From: a virus
Reading direction: 5' to 3' (one strand)
DNA: 64,000 bases
Virus record (IMG/VR): IMGVR_UViG_3300022752_003639
Coordinates: 1 to 64,000 of that record
The position numbers were made by a program, and so were the translations under genes. Under the pieces are notes generated by a model. The model saw only the letters and a list, made by a program, of their open reading frames with translations. It did no database searches and had not been told where the DNA came from. Below are positions 18,751 through 28,694 of the stretch, piece after piece (the stretch's first letter is position 1; each line of letters begins with the position of its first letter).

Positions 18751-19289
18751 TGGATCTTACCTTAATTATTGTAGATAATTTCTATACCAATCCTGATATA
18801 GTTAGAAATTATGCGTTGAGCCTGCCTTTTAATGTCACTGGTAATTTTCCGGGTGCTAGAACAAGACCATATTTGCCCGAAGATGTAAAATTTTCAATCC
18901 AACATTGGATGAATCCTGTAGGACGTATTACTAATTGGTTTGAAAATTACGGATATACAGGGGCTTTTCAAATAGCTACTGCACAAGATAGAACTTGGAT
19001 ACACAGTGACTACTTTAACAAATGGGCAGGAGTATGTTATCTTAGCCCAGATGCTCCTGTAAGTGCAGGAACTGCTCTTTACCAACACAAACTATCTAAA
19101 AATTATAGAAGAGTAGATACCGACTATGAAGGGTATGATTTTACCAAATGGGATCTGTTCGATAAAATAGGAAATAGGTATAATAGATTAATCTTGTATA
19201 GAGGAGACTTATTTCATGCGAGTATAGATTATTTTGGTGATAATCTACACAATGGAAGACTTTTTCAAACTTTTTTCTTTGATACATAA
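18750..19289 (+). CDS. 2OG-Fe(II) oxygenase-like protein (DUF6445-like)
   Basis: WIHSD, AGVCYL, GTALY, YNRLILY, FHAS, RLFQ. Confidence 0.75.
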   Translation: MDLTLIIVDNFYTNPDIVRNYALSLPFNVTGNFPGARTRPYLPEDVKFSIQHWMNPVGRITNWFENYGYTGAFQIATAQDRTWIHSDYFNKWAGVCYLSPDAPVSAGTALYQHKLSKNYRRVDTDYEGYDFTKWDLFDKIGNRYNRLILYRGDLFHASIDYFGDNLHNGRLFQTFFFDT

Positions 19290-20047
19290 TGAGTTATAAA
19301 ATTTGTCACATCATTTTTAGCACTAACAGACTAGAATATCTAATCCCAAGTTTGAATAGTCAAAGAATGTTAAATTGGTACGGATGTAAAGTTGATAAGA
19401 TTTTTATAGATGATTATCCCAGGACAAGAAATGATCTTATGTTAAGATCATTTTTAACTTACTATAACTATAACGAAATAATTTTTCATAAGAACAATAT
19501 TGGTCTAAGTGCTACCTGGACAGAATTTTGGAATATGATAAGAGATAGAGAGTATGATTATATATTTCATCAAGAGGATGATGTGGTCTTTCTAGAACCT
19601 ATTTGTATAAGTGATTTAATTGAAATTTTAGAAAAAGACAAACAAATCAGTCAGGTTACATTATCTAGACAGGCTTGGTACAGTAATGAGCAAGATCCTA
19701 GTGCAAACAACGATGATATAATTTACAAGAATTTTAGGTACCAAAAAAATAGTTGCATATTTTCACCTATGGCCAGTCTTTATAGCCATAATATAATTAA
19801 GTATCCCTGGAAAGAATTAATTTCTCATAATATTAATGAAGGGACAATTGGTAAAATTTTAAATGACAAATACGGCATGGTATCTGCCAATGTTAAAAAC
19901 TTTTTTGGACTTAAACTTATAAACCATATCGGTGAATGGTTCACAGGCAAACGTATATTACCAGGAGAACCTGGGTTTGAAACATACGGTCATTTTGACC
20001 CTAATAAAAGATATACCAGTAAAGATGGAAGATTATTGTATGAATAG
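19289..20047 (+). CDS. GT-A glycosyltransferase-like protein
   Basis: FIDD, YIFHQEDD, INHIG. Confidence 0.7.
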   Translation: MSYKICHIIFSTNRLEYLIPSLNSQRMLNWYGCKVDKIFIDDYPRTRNDLMLRSFLTYYNYNEIIFHKNNIGLSATWTEFWNMIRDREYDYIFHQEDDVVFLEPICISDLIEILEKDKQISQVTLSRQAWYSNEQDPSANNDDIIYKNFRYQKNSCIFSPMASLYSHNIIKYPWKELISHNINEGTIGKILNDKYGMVSANVKNFFGLKLINHIGEWFTGKRILPGEPGFETYGHFDPNKRYTSKDGRLLYE

Positions 20048-20741
20048 AACATATTTAAATAATATTGTACATGAAAGAACACAAGGGATTGTTCAACAAG
20101 GACCCTTTACTGGTTTAAAATTATGCAATTACGACAATGGATGTTTAGGAAATAAATTATTAGGAAGTTATGAATCGCAACTTTACGCTGCCATTGAACA
20201 GACAATAAACTACCAACCAGATTTAGTTATAAATTTAGGGTGTGGTGAAGGATATTACGGGTTAGGGTTAGCTAAACGACTCCCCAATGTCAGAAACATT
20301 CTTATAGATAATGCAGAACACGAGCTAATTAATGCTTTGTATAATCTTCAATCAAATAAGTTATCTAATGTAGAATTATGGAACTATGCTGATATAGATG
20401 TAATACAATATATTATGCGCAAGTACAAGAAACCTTTTTTATTCATAGATGTTGAAGGGTATGAGATAACTTTTTTAGATCAAAACATAAACAGCGAATT
20501 GGTAAAATCGTGTATTATTGTTGAATGCCACGATTTTCAAGGTATTCCTATTACGCAAATTTTAAATGAAAGATTTAATGATTCACATCATGTCTTTAAT
20601 ATCTTAGATGATTTAAACAAAACATCGGATCATCATGCTATTAAAGATCTAACCAAAGAAGAAAAAAATTTGCTATTGAGTGAAGGTAGGCCTGGTGTAA
20701 TGAATTGGTTATATATGATTCCAAAAAAATTAATATTATAA
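20040..20741 (+). CDS. Class I SAM-dependent methyltransferase-like protein
   Basis: INLGCGEGYYG, IDVEGYE; start moved to ATG 20040. Confidence 0.75.
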   Translation: MNRTYLNNIVHERTQGIVQQGPFTGLKLCNYDNGCLGNKLLGSYESQLYAAIEQTINYQPDLVINLGCGEGYYGLGLAKRLPNVRNILIDNAEHELINALYNLQSNKLSNVELWNYADIDVIQYIMRKYKKPFLFIDVEGYEITFLDQNINSELVKSCIIVECHDFQGIPITQILNERFNDSHHVFNILDDLNKTSDHHAIKDLTKEEKNLLLSEGRPGVMNWLYMIPKKLIL

Positions 20742-20749
20742 ATATTTTG

Positions 20750-21463
20750 ATGTTTATCTGGGCTAATTTATCTAGAAACCATATTATAGACAGTATATAT
20801 CAAACATATAATTTGCAGGATGATGATCTACCTGTAACCTTATTTCATAAACGTCTATCTAGGCATATAAAGTCAATTGCACCAGTTATTGTAAAAGCTC
20901 ACTATACACCTAAAGTTCCAAAAAATGAAATTTATATAGGGGGCTCTTATTGTGCCGAATCAGATCAATTAGGAAAAAAATCTATCACAATAGATTGTTA
21001 TTATGCTAAAAGATATAAAAAAATCAGCATATGCACATCGAATTTATTTTCTTTAGCTAGTTTAATAAGTGATGTTATGTTACACGAAATTATCCATATG
21101 AGGCAATATAGAAAAAGAAATTATAAAGACATTCCTAATTATATAAGTGTAGTAAAACATACTGAATTAAGAGAAGAACAAAATTATCTTGGACATAGAG
21201 ATGAGATAGATGCCTACAGTTTTAACATTGCCTGTGAACTACTAATGAAGTTTAAAAATGATAATCTACGTATTATAGATTTTTTAGATGGTAAAATTAA
21301 ATGCCATACAACCAAAATGCCATGTTTAAGGAAATACTTACAGGTTTTTAAAAAAGATTGGAACCATCCTGTGATGCAACGACTCAAAAAGCAAATTCAA
21401 AAAAATCTCAATAAGGCAAAAAATGGAAAGCCGTTTAAAAATAATTTTTATATCTGGTATTGA
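20750..21463 (+). CDS. HExxH-containing hypothetical protein (putative Zn metallopeptidase)
   Basis: LHEIIHMRQ followed by DEIDAYS; TATAAATA at 20737-20744 just upstream. Confidence 0.6.
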   Translation: MFIWANLSRNHIIDSIYQTYNLQDDDLPVTLFHKRLSRHIKSIAPVIVKAHYTPKVPKNEIYIGGSYCAESDQLGKKSITIDCYYAKRYKKISICTSNLFSLASLISDVMLHEIIHMRQYRKRNYKDIPNYISVVKHTELREEQNYLGHRDEIDAYSFNIACELLMKFKNDNLRIIDFLDGKIKCHTTKMPCLRKYLQVFKKDWNHPVMQRLKKQIQKNLNKAKNGKPFKNNFYIWY

Positions 21464-21488
21464 CACTCATATAACTTGATGTTACAAT
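21460..21488 (+). promoter_or_regulatory. Sigma70 promoter
   Basis: TTGACA-17-TACAAT. Confidence 0.75.
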
Positions 21489-21493
21489 CAAGT

Positions 21494-21727
21494 ATGAACT
21501 TTAAAACTTATCAATCTCAGATTATTTCAATCAAGACAGATAACCCTGCATTTTTAATCAATGATGAAATGACAGTGTCTCCAAGAGCAAGTTTTGAAAT
21601 CGCCCGAAAATGTCCAGAGAAATATAAAGACATAATTTTAGAATGTCTTGGTAAAGGTTGGCTTCGACCTGTCGCACATATGACAGAACGTGAGATGATG
21701 ATTTCAGGATTACTGAATGACTATTAA
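21494..21727 (+). CDS. Hypothetical protein, possibly leaderless
   Basis: ATG at the predicted TSS. Confidence 0.65.
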   Translation: MNFKTYQSQIISIKTDNPAFLINDEMTVSPRASFEIARKCPEKYKDIILECLGKGWLRPVAHMTEREMMISGLLNDY

Positions 21728-21796
21728 TCTGACAAATAAATATGAATGTCACATAACGGTGACAAATTAAGCGTACCGCGTAAGGAAGGAAATATA

Positions 21797-22486
21797 ATGT
21801 CTTATAATAAAACTAAAACAGACCCTGATCTTGGTCGTCGTATTCATGAACATTTGGTAAAATGCGGAGTAGAAACTCCTACTAGTGAACGAACCTTTAT
21901 AATAGATCGTAAAGGTAAAATTGAAGTAATTGAGCAATTGTTTTCTCAAATAATGAAGGCTCTTGATCTAGATTTATCAGATGATAGTCTAGCAGAAACA
22001 CCAAAGCGTGTGGCCAAGATGTATGTAAATGAAATCTTCTGGGGGTTAGATTGGGAAGCATTTCCTAAATGTACCACAGTGGACAATAAAATGAAATACG
22101 ATGAAATGGTCGTAGAACGTAATATTAATGTTCAATCCAATTGTGAGCATCATTTTGTTGTTATTGACGGATTGGCCACAGTAGCATACATACCAAGAAC
22201 AAAAGTACTAGGATTGAGTAAAATTAATAGAGTAGTAGAATATTTTAGTAAACGTCCTCAAATTCAAGAAAGACTTACTGAACAGATATATCATGCGTTA
22301 TCCTATATTTTAGATACAGAAAATATTGCGGTAGTTATCGACGCCCAACATTATTGTGTCAAAAGTAGAGGAGTTGAGGACACAGGTTCATCTACTACAA
22401 CTAGTAAATTGGGAGGAGTATTTAAATCAGATCCCAGTGTACGATTAGAATTTATGAATATTGTAAATTCTTGCCAGAAACGATAA
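21797..22486 (+). CDS. folE: GTP cyclohydrolase I
   Basis: ETPKRVAKMY, SNCEHH, GLSKINR, RPQIQER, HYCVKSRG; start at ATG after AAGGAAGG. Confidence 0.95.
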   Translation: MSYNKTKTDPDLGRRIHEHLVKCGVETPTSERTFIIDRKGKIEVIEQLFSQIMKALDLDLSDDSLAETPKRVAKMYVNEIFWGLDWEAFPKCTTVDNKMKYDEMVVERNINVQSNCEHHFVVIDGLATVAYIPRTKVLGLSKINRVVEYFSKRPQIQERLTEQIYHALSYILDTENIAVVIDAQHYCVKSRGVEDTGSSTTTSKLGGVFKSDPSVRLEFMNIVNSCQKR

Positions 22487-22500
22487 CTTAAAGGTAACAA

Positions 22501-23223
22501 ATGAAAAAAGGTAAATTAAATATTCCCAGTCGAATTCAGACTCCGGCATCAGCTAATATCAATCAAACACCAGCACAAACAGATTCACAAGGTCGTCCAC
22601 CAAGTGTAATGGTAGCAGTACCTGCAATGGAAATGGTAAATGCCGAATTCGCACAACACTTAGCCATGGCCTGTGCTAATATGGTTGCACACGGCGTTCG
22701 TATTAATTGTGCATTTAACATTGGAAGCGTTATAACAATTGCACGTAGAAACTTAGTTGACATTTTTCTAAAGAGCGATTTTGATTATATCTGGTGGGTA
22801 GATTCAGATATGAAATTTCCTGTTGATACTCCCCTTAGACTACTAAAAAGAAACAAGGCCATTGTAGGCTGTAACTATCGTAGACGTAGATTTCCTAATC
22901 CAAACTTCACAGGGATGATGGGTAATGCAGGACAGTTTAGTGAATTTCATACCACTGACAACAGTCCTCCGATGGAGTTAATCGACGTTTTGCCGCATGG
23001 ATTAGTTTTAGTTCATAGGGAAGTATACGAACGTATACCACAACCACATTATTTACAGGAATATATTCCCAGTTTAAATTTAGAAATTGGAGAAGATATA
23101 TTTTTCTGTCAACAGGCACAAAAGGCAGGATATGAAATTTGGTGTGATCAAGAATTAAGTAAAGAAGTTGCTCATATAGGTATCTTCCACTTTAATTATA
23201 ACTTAAGTGTGCCAAAAAATTAA
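22501..23223 (+). CDS. GT-A glycosyltransferase-like protein
   Basis: ITIARRNLV, WVDSD (DxD), GEDIFFC. Confidence 0.75.
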   Translation: MKKGKLNIPSRIQTPASANINQTPAQTDSQGRPPSVMVAVPAMEMVNAEFAQHLAMACANMVAHGVRINCAFNIGSVITIARRNLVDIFLKSDFDYIWWVDSDMKFPVDTPLRLLKRNKAIVGCNYRRRRFPNPNFTGMMGNAGQFSEFHTTDNSPPMELIDVLPHGLVLVHREVYERIPQPHYLQEYIPSLNLEIGEDIFFCQQAQKAGYEIWCDQELSKEVAHIGIFHFNYNLSVPKN

Positions 23224-23234
23224 AAGGTAAAATT

Positions 23235-23399
23235 ATGTTCGAATCTATTGAAATTCGCAAATGTATGAACGGTGTCATTGTTGTATTGCGGACTGAAGAT
23301 GAAGATGAAGAATATGTCTATGATAGTGCTAGGAAAGCCATAAAATTTGTCAAAGATTTATTAGAGGCTAAAAATAAAGACATTCAACCGCAAGGTTAG
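23235..23399 (+). CDS. Hypothetical 54 aa protein; not in ORF track
   Basis: AAGG SD; MFESIEIRK...IQPQG. Confidence 0.65.
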   Translation: MFESIEIRKCMNGVIVVLRTEDEDEEYVYDSARKAIKFVKDLLEAKNKDIQPQG

Positions 23400-23408
23400 T
23401 ATTGAAAT

Positions 23409-23858
23409 ATGGATATTAAAAAAGATTACATTTTAGGTGATCCAGTATGGATACATGGTATCCACAGAGATAATAGACTGGTAAAAGGTGAAGTTATTAA
23501 GAAGTTTGTCATGGATCATCCTAATTACTCAAATGATTATTACTATATTGTAGAAATTCCAACTCATATAGAACCATTACTAGAAATAAGACAATGGGAA
23601 AATATGAGTCAAGATCAACATGGTCCAATTGGCATGTATAGAAGTCTTGGTACAAGTAAATCGGTTACTGATAGATTTATGAAAAAGGTAGGATATAATT
23701 TTTCCTCAGATACAAATCCTGAAGACTTAGAAGAACCCACTGCCGAACAGATACATGCAGCTATTGAAAAATCACAAAAGGCAAACAAGCATACTCCGTT
23801 AATGATTAAACCGGAAAAACCTAAACGTAAGTTCTACAATAGGAAGAAAAAAACTTGA
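23409..23858 (+). CDS. Hypothetical protein
   Basis: ORF in co-directional run. Confidence 0.7.
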   Translation: MDIKKDYILGDPVWIHGIHRDNRLVKGEVIKKFVMDHPNYSNDYYYIVEIPTHIEPLLEIRQWENMSQDQHGPIGMYRSLGTSKSVTDRFMKKVGYNFSSDTNPEDLEEPTAEQIHAAIEKSQKANKHTPLMIKPEKPKRKFYNRKKKT

Positions 23859-24184
23859 CTACGTGGACTCATATCCTGCAGGCATTTAATCCAGATTATG
23901 ATGAACTTAGACGAATGCTTATAAACGGTCCATCGATTAGATGCGAATTATCTAAAGAAGGTAGAGAAACTAGGTTGGTACTGGTTGAACACTATGAGCA
24001 TCGCAAAGAGATACTGGATGTTGATCAGCACACAGTTAGATTCGACGACATCGTTTCCCATGTTCAAGATGAACTACGTAATTGGAAAAATGTTCGCAGG
24101 ATGGCCTGGGATCAGTGGAATTTTAAAACTAAGAAAGATGCAGAGAAATTTGTCACTTTGTTTAATTTAAAATGGGCAAAATAA
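23855..24184 (+). CDS. Hypothetical protein
   Basis: TTG start coupled to upstream stop. Confidence 0.65.
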   Translation: MTTWTHILQAFNPDYDELRRMLINGPSIRCELSKEGRETRLVLVEHYEHRKEILDVDQHTVRFDDIVSHVQDELRNWKNVRRMAWDQWNFKTKKDAEKFVTLFNLKWAK

Positions 24185-24480
24185 TTTGGGTTGAAACCTT
24201 TGAGGAAGATCAATATGTGATGAAAGAGTGGCACAAGATTCGTGTTCACCGTTTCAATATGGGTGATGTAGAAGATCCAGAAATATATGCAGGTGCTGCT
24301 CTATGGGAATGGCAGCAAACAGATAAAGGAAAATTCATTATGGAACATGGTAAAGATGTCAATTATCAAATTGGCGTAGACTATAACGCCTATGGATATA
24401 AATGTGTTATAATGTGTGAGTTAGAAAAGAAAAAACTAGCAGAATACTATTTAAGATGGGGGAAAATTGACCGTGTCTAA
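24172..24480 (+). CDS. Hypothetical protein
   Basis: ORF in run; FNMGDVEDPEIYA motif. Confidence 0.7.
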   Translation: MGKIIWVETFEEDQYVMKEWHKIRVHRFNMGDVEDPEIYAGAALWEWQQTDKGKFIMEHGKDVNYQIGVDYNAYGYKCVIMCELEKKKLAEYYLRWGKIDRV

Positions 24481-24835
24481 TCCTTTTAAAGATCAAGAAC
24501 GATTTATGTTAGCCTGTGATCAAACTGTTGGCGAAATAAATTCGCGCCAGTTTACTCTCTATCTTAAATTAATAACAGAAGAGTTTCTTGAACTGCAAGA
24601 ATCTAAAACACAGTTAGACCAATTAGATGCATTGATTGACATTTTGGTTGTTACCATCGGTGCTATTCATTCAATGGGAGCAGATGCAGAAGGTGCATGG
24701 CGAGAAGTCATGCGTAGTAATCTATCAAAAATAGATGTAAACTCTGGAAAAGTAAATAAGAGAGAGGATGGCAAAGTATTGAAACCCGATGGTTGGAGTC
24801 CTCCTCATCTACAACCATTTTTACCAAAGGAGTAA
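24467..24835 (+). CDS. MazG-like / PRA-PH-type nucleotide pyrophosphohydrolase
   Basis: LITEEFLEL, DALID, SNLSK, REDGKVLKP. Confidence 0.8.
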   Translation: MTVSNPFKDQERFMLACDQTVGEINSRQFTLYLKLITEEFLELQESKTQLDQLDALIDILVVTIGAIHSMGADAEGAWREVMRSNLSKIDVNSGKVNKREDGKVLKPDGWSPPHLQPFLPKE

Positions 24836-24837
24836 TC

Positions 24838-25536
24838 ATGTTTGGAACAGACATTTTAACATACAATAGTTTTACATATAGAAGTGCGGAAGAGATTAAT
24901 TCTGCCATGGGCCGTGTCTATGGACATATGGCACTAGCAGTTTTGACAAGTATGATAGTTAGTTTATTTGTAAGTTCTAGTCCAGCATTAATGGCCTTTT
25001 TCTTCACAGGCTGGATGAAATGGATAACCATGTTCTTACCATTAGTTGCAGTATTTGGTATTTCATACGCATTGAATAATGAGCCTAGTAAGCTTGTGGC
25101 TATTGCTTTACTTCACGGATTTGCTGCGTTAATGGGGCTTAGTTTTGCTACTATCTTTATAATATTTAAAATGGGTAGTATATTTGGTGCCTTTATGGGT
25201 GCTGCAATTTTATTTGGAGTTATGAGTGGATACGGATACTTCACAAAGAAGAGCTTGGATAGTGTCGGAAAGTTTATGTTTGTTGGTCTTATCGCTATTA
25301 TTCTTGCCAGTATTGTCAATATTTTCATTGGTAGCAGTGTACTCGGCATGGTCATTAGCGCTCTTGCTATCATTATATTTTTGGGACTAACTGCTTACGA
25401 TACTCAAAAGATAAGAGAAATGCTAAGTGTAGATACCTCAGATGCAGTGGAAATTAGTGGCGCTCTAACACTCTATTTGGATTTTATAAACTTATTTTTA
25501 AATCTACTACAACTATTTGGCGAGAAGAAAGATTGA
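24838..25536 (+). CDS. Bax inhibitor-1/YccA family membrane protein
   Basis: About 7 TM; LTAYDTQKI and ALTLYLDFINLF signature. Confidence 0.92.
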   Translation: MFGTDILTYNSFTYRSAEEINSAMGRVYGHMALAVLTSMIVSLFVSSSPALMAFFFTGWMKWITMFLPLVAVFGISYALNNEPSKLVAIALLHGFAALMGLSFATIFIIFKMGSIFGAFMGAAILFGVMSGYGYFTKKSLDSVGKFMFVGLIAIILASIVNIFIGSSVLGMVISALAIIIFLGLTAYDTQKIREMLSVDTSDAVEISGALTLYLDFINLFLNLLQLFGEKKD

Positions 25537-25817
25537 AATATAGAAAGAAACCTGTTACAATAGAAGCATTAGAATTTGTTTATAGTAAAGAAGGGATAGA
25601 ACAACTCCGCGAATTCTGTGGATCTGCTTTGGGTAATACGCACAAAGAACGTCACCCAGACGCTCTAGGTGAAGCAGAAATTGGCACATTAGAAGATGGT
25701 GTTCATCTTACCGTTAAGCATATTGCCACAGAAGGTGATTACATAATAAAAGGTGTCCAAGGAGAGTTCTATCCCTGTAAACCCGATATTTTTTGGCAGA
25801 CATACGAAAAGGCGTAA
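25533..25817 (+). CDS. Conserved phage hypothetical (PGDYG-like)
   Basis: KYRKKPVTIEA, GDYIIKGVQGEFYPCKPDIF. Confidence 0.75.
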   Translation: MKYRKKPVTIEALEFVYSKEGIEQLREFCGSALGNTHKERHPDALGEAEIGTLEDGVHLTVKHIATEGDYIIKGVQGEFYPCKPDIFWQTYEKA

Positions 25818-25818
25818 C

Positions 25819-26661
25819 ATGAGGAAACATTACTGGAGTTGTAGCAGGTTCGCTGATTGGCTACGTGGCACAGATAAGCCTAGTGCGGAGACCAGTTTGG
25901 GTTGGGCTAAATGGCATAAGGCCTCAAAGGAAACACATCCCATTAGATATTGGATCGCCGAGGAAGGGTTAGACTATGTACAAAATTTCCTATGGTGGCC
26001 CATTGATCGTGTTTATGACATTAAGTATTATATTAATAATCGTTGGGTCACTAGAACTCACTGCCTTACTGCTCACCCACGAGATATTCCTAGAGGTCAA
26101 TGGCGCGATGTGGGCTATCGTTTTCTCCCTTGCCTTTTCAATGAGCTCGTTGATTTTGTTGAAGTTGAGTCTGCTTGGAGTCACATAGCCTGGGACAAGG
26201 AGGCTCGTGACAAATATAAAAGCCCTTGGTATGCTACAGGATGGTTTCGTTGGCGTACTTGGCGTTGTCCAGAAGCCGGTGTAGATCATCTTAAATGGGC
26301 AATGACATTGACCAATAAAGACTTTATTGAAGAAGGCCAAAAGGAAGAACCAACCCAGCAAGCAATATCCGCAAAGGAAATCCTTGAACTATACACTTGG
26401 TGGAAGGAAGTCTATCCCAACCGTCCAGACCCACACGATGCCAGTGGTTGGAGTGCTCGCTGTGAATTGGGTAGAGAGAAGGCCAGAGCGCAAGGTTTAG
26501 ATGATTTGGCATTTTTGGGTAGCGAAAGCGAAACCGAAGATGAACGTAAGGAAACTATGCAAATTTTGGACCTATGCCACAAAATTGAGCAAGAGCAAAA
26601 AGACGAAGATACCCAAATGATGATTCGTTTGATTAAGATCCGCGATAGTCTTTGGACTTAA
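25819..26661 (+). CDS. Trp-rich hypothetical protein
   Basis: Long ORF; start moved to ATG 25819. Confidence 0.75.
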   Translation: MRKHYWSCSRFADWLRGTDKPSAETSLGWAKWHKASKETHPIRYWIAEEGLDYVQNFLWWPIDRVYDIKYYINNRWVTRTHCLTAHPRDIPRGQWRDVGYRFLPCLFNELVDFVEVESAWSHIAWDKEARDKYKSPWYATGWFRWRTWRCPEAGVDHLKWAMTLTNKDFIEEGQKEEPTQQAISAKEILELYTWWKEVYPNRPDPHDASGWSARCELGREKARAQGLDDLAFLGSESETEDERKETMQILDLCHKIEQEQKDEDTQMMIRLIKIRDSLWT

Positions 26662-26662
26662 A

Positions 26663-27199
26663 ATGAGTAATCTAAACAAAAGCCCGGAACGCAATTCTTT
26701 TGCTATGAATAATGCTCGCCGTAGATCAGAGGAAAAAGGTGAAGATCCTGACCAAAATGAATACATCACTTTTCTCACCTCGGAGTTAGAGCAACGCAGA
26801 GAACAAGAACAGAACCCAGAATGGCAAAAAGATAACCTAGAATACGATCTACGCTCTACTAAATGGATCTGTGATAAGGCAAAGGCCAGCGAGTCATATG
26901 CTCAAAATTTGTATGCGGCAATGTGTAACAATGACTTTCAAAAGTTAGATACCTGGCCCATTCTTACAGATAAGCGCTGGCACTGCTCATGGAGATACGC
27001 AGGTGGTATAGTGGCTGATATGAGAGAGAAAGGTGACTACATAGATTGGTATTGCTCTGGTATTAAGGGCGACATAGATCTTGGTGGTGGCATTGAAGAG
27101 GATCCACATCCTACCTGGGTAAATGAAAGTGTCGTTACAGATGAAATACGTAAAGACCTAACACGCCTAGGATGGATCGTAATTGAATCAAACAATTAA
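26663..27199 (+). CDS. Hypothetical protein
   Basis: ORF in run. Confidence 0.75.
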   Translation: MSNLNKSPERNSFAMNNARRRSEEKGEDPDQNEYITFLTSELEQRREQEQNPEWQKDNLEYDLRSTKWICDKAKASESYAQNLYAAMCNNDFQKLDTWPILTDKRWHCSWRYAGGIVADMREKGDYIDWYCSGIKGDIDLGGGIEEDPHPTWVNESVVTDEIRKDLTRLGWIVIESNN

Positions 27200-27458
27200 A
27201 AGTATCTGTTTACCGTTAAGTGTTTGGCCAGTTATACACAAAAGGTTATCTAAAGAGTATCCATCTAGTGTAATTCTTTTAAGAAATAAAATGAAAGAGG
27301 TATTAGGGTTTACCGTTAGAACTTACAGAGATTGGGAACCTAATATGGTTCATTTTAATGAATATATAGTGTTGGATTTTTACGACACTAAAAAGAAAAC
27401 CATGTTTATACTTAAATTTTCTGAAATATTGAACAAGTATAACATTGACATCTCCTAA
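27183..27458 (+). CDS. Hypothetical protein
   Basis: ORF in run. Confidence 0.6.
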   Translation: MNQTIKSICLPLSVWPVIHKRLSKEYPSSVILLRNKMKEVLGFTVRTYRDWEPNMVHFNEYIVLDFYDTKKKTMFILKFSEILNKYNIDIS

Positions 27459-27473
27459 AAATGATAGTATACT
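27445..27473 (+). promoter_or_regulatory. Sigma70 promoter
   Basis: TTGACA-17-TATACT. Confidence 0.8.
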
Positions 27474-27503
27474 ATAAGTATAGTAAATTTTTAGGAGCAA
27501 TTT

Positions 27504-28685
27504 GTGGCTACAACTACTGCCAAGCGTGTTAAAAACCATGCTGCCTTAACCAAAGCAAATAAAGATAACAGCCCAAAATGGGATGGTTCAGATGCTTGGT
27601 CAGGCGAGAAATTCACCAAACATTTTCGTGATTCTATGATGTGGTATAGCCAAAATAAAACCAGTAAGGACCTAAAACCACAGGTAATTAATTGGATGGC
27701 TCGTGAAGGGTTTACAAAAGAAACAATAGCCCAATACAAAAAAACCAAAGATTCTCGTAGCGGAATGACCATGTGTGCTCTAGCATCTTGTATGATGCGT
27801 GGCATGCCAGCTTTACATCCTGAATTCAATAATGGTAAAGATAGCGGAATATGGTTAAAGGCCCAGATAATGGAGGTAATTAACACTGGAGATTTTGAAG
27901 AAGAACGTGAAACGACGGTTGTAAAAGTTCATAACCCAATTGTTACTATACAAGATCGTATAAGAGAACAAGCAGGAGCAATGGCGGAAGAAATAGATAT
28001 TGCTATCGATTCATTTATTACTAATCCAGAGGCTTTTGACCCAAAACAATTTAGTTTAGTCAAGGTATTCCGCGGTAAAGGTGTAAAAAGTGCTCATGCT
28101 AGATATATAAAGGGGTTTTATGAATTTGGTCATTCTGAATTGTTGGAACTTGCCTCTGGCCAAGCTGACGAACAATTGCGAGAAGCATATAAGCATCTGC
28201 CACGTAAACATGTAAAGAAGTTAATAGAATTTTACCAAATTATAATGGATAGTTGTGACCAAATTAGTGCAGAGGCAAAAATTAACAAAAAACCGCGTGC
28301 TAAAAAAGTCAAACCTGCAGAAGATCTAGTTAAAAAACTTAAATTTAAAACCAGTGATGACAAACTTGGTATTGTTAGTGTTCCCCCTGGACAAATTATT
28401 AAATCGCAAAGTGTATTGATTTATAATGTAAAAACACGTAAAATGGGTTATTATATAGCTAAAAACTTAGAAGGACTATCTGTTAAAGGAACTACTCTTG
28501 AAAACTTTACAGAAAAAAGTGTACAAAAAACGTTACGTAAACCTTTAGAACAGTTAAAAGAGCTCAAGGAATTGAACACCCAAAAAAGAGTAGAAAATTG
28601 GTTTGATAAAGTAATTAAAACCACTGCAATTAAGTTAAATGGCAGATTAAATGAAGATACCGTAATTTTAAAAGTTTTTAAATAA
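27504..28685 (+). CDS. Lys-rich hypothetical protein (393 aa)
   Basis: GTG start after AGGAG; first gene behind promoter. Confidence 0.8.
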   Translation: MATTTAKRVKNHAALTKANKDNSPKWDGSDAWSGEKFTKHFRDSMMWYSQNKTSKDLKPQVINWMAREGFTKETIAQYKKTKDSRSGMTMCALASCMMRGMPALHPEFNNGKDSGIWLKAQIMEVINTGDFEEERETTVVKVHNPIVTIQDRIREQAGAMAEEIDIAIDSFITNPEAFDPKQFSLVKVFRGKGVKSAHARYIKGFYEFGHSELLELASGQADEQLREAYKHLPRKHVKKLIEFYQIIMDSCDQISAEAKINKKPRAKKVKPAEDLVKKLKFKTSDDKLGIVSVPPGQIIKSQSVLIYNVKTRKMGYYIAKNLEGLSVKGTTLENFTEKSVQKTLRKPLEQLKELKELNTQKRVENWFDKVIKTTAIKLNGRLNEDTVILKVFK

Positions 28686-28694
28686 GAGACAACA

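Noticed and set aside
19932-20039. Track N-terminal extensions (also 21746, 24793, 25753, 30267, 32858, 35767, 51026, 60110)
   Set aside because: They overlap upstream genes or promoters; downstream starts have SD sites or stop/start coupling
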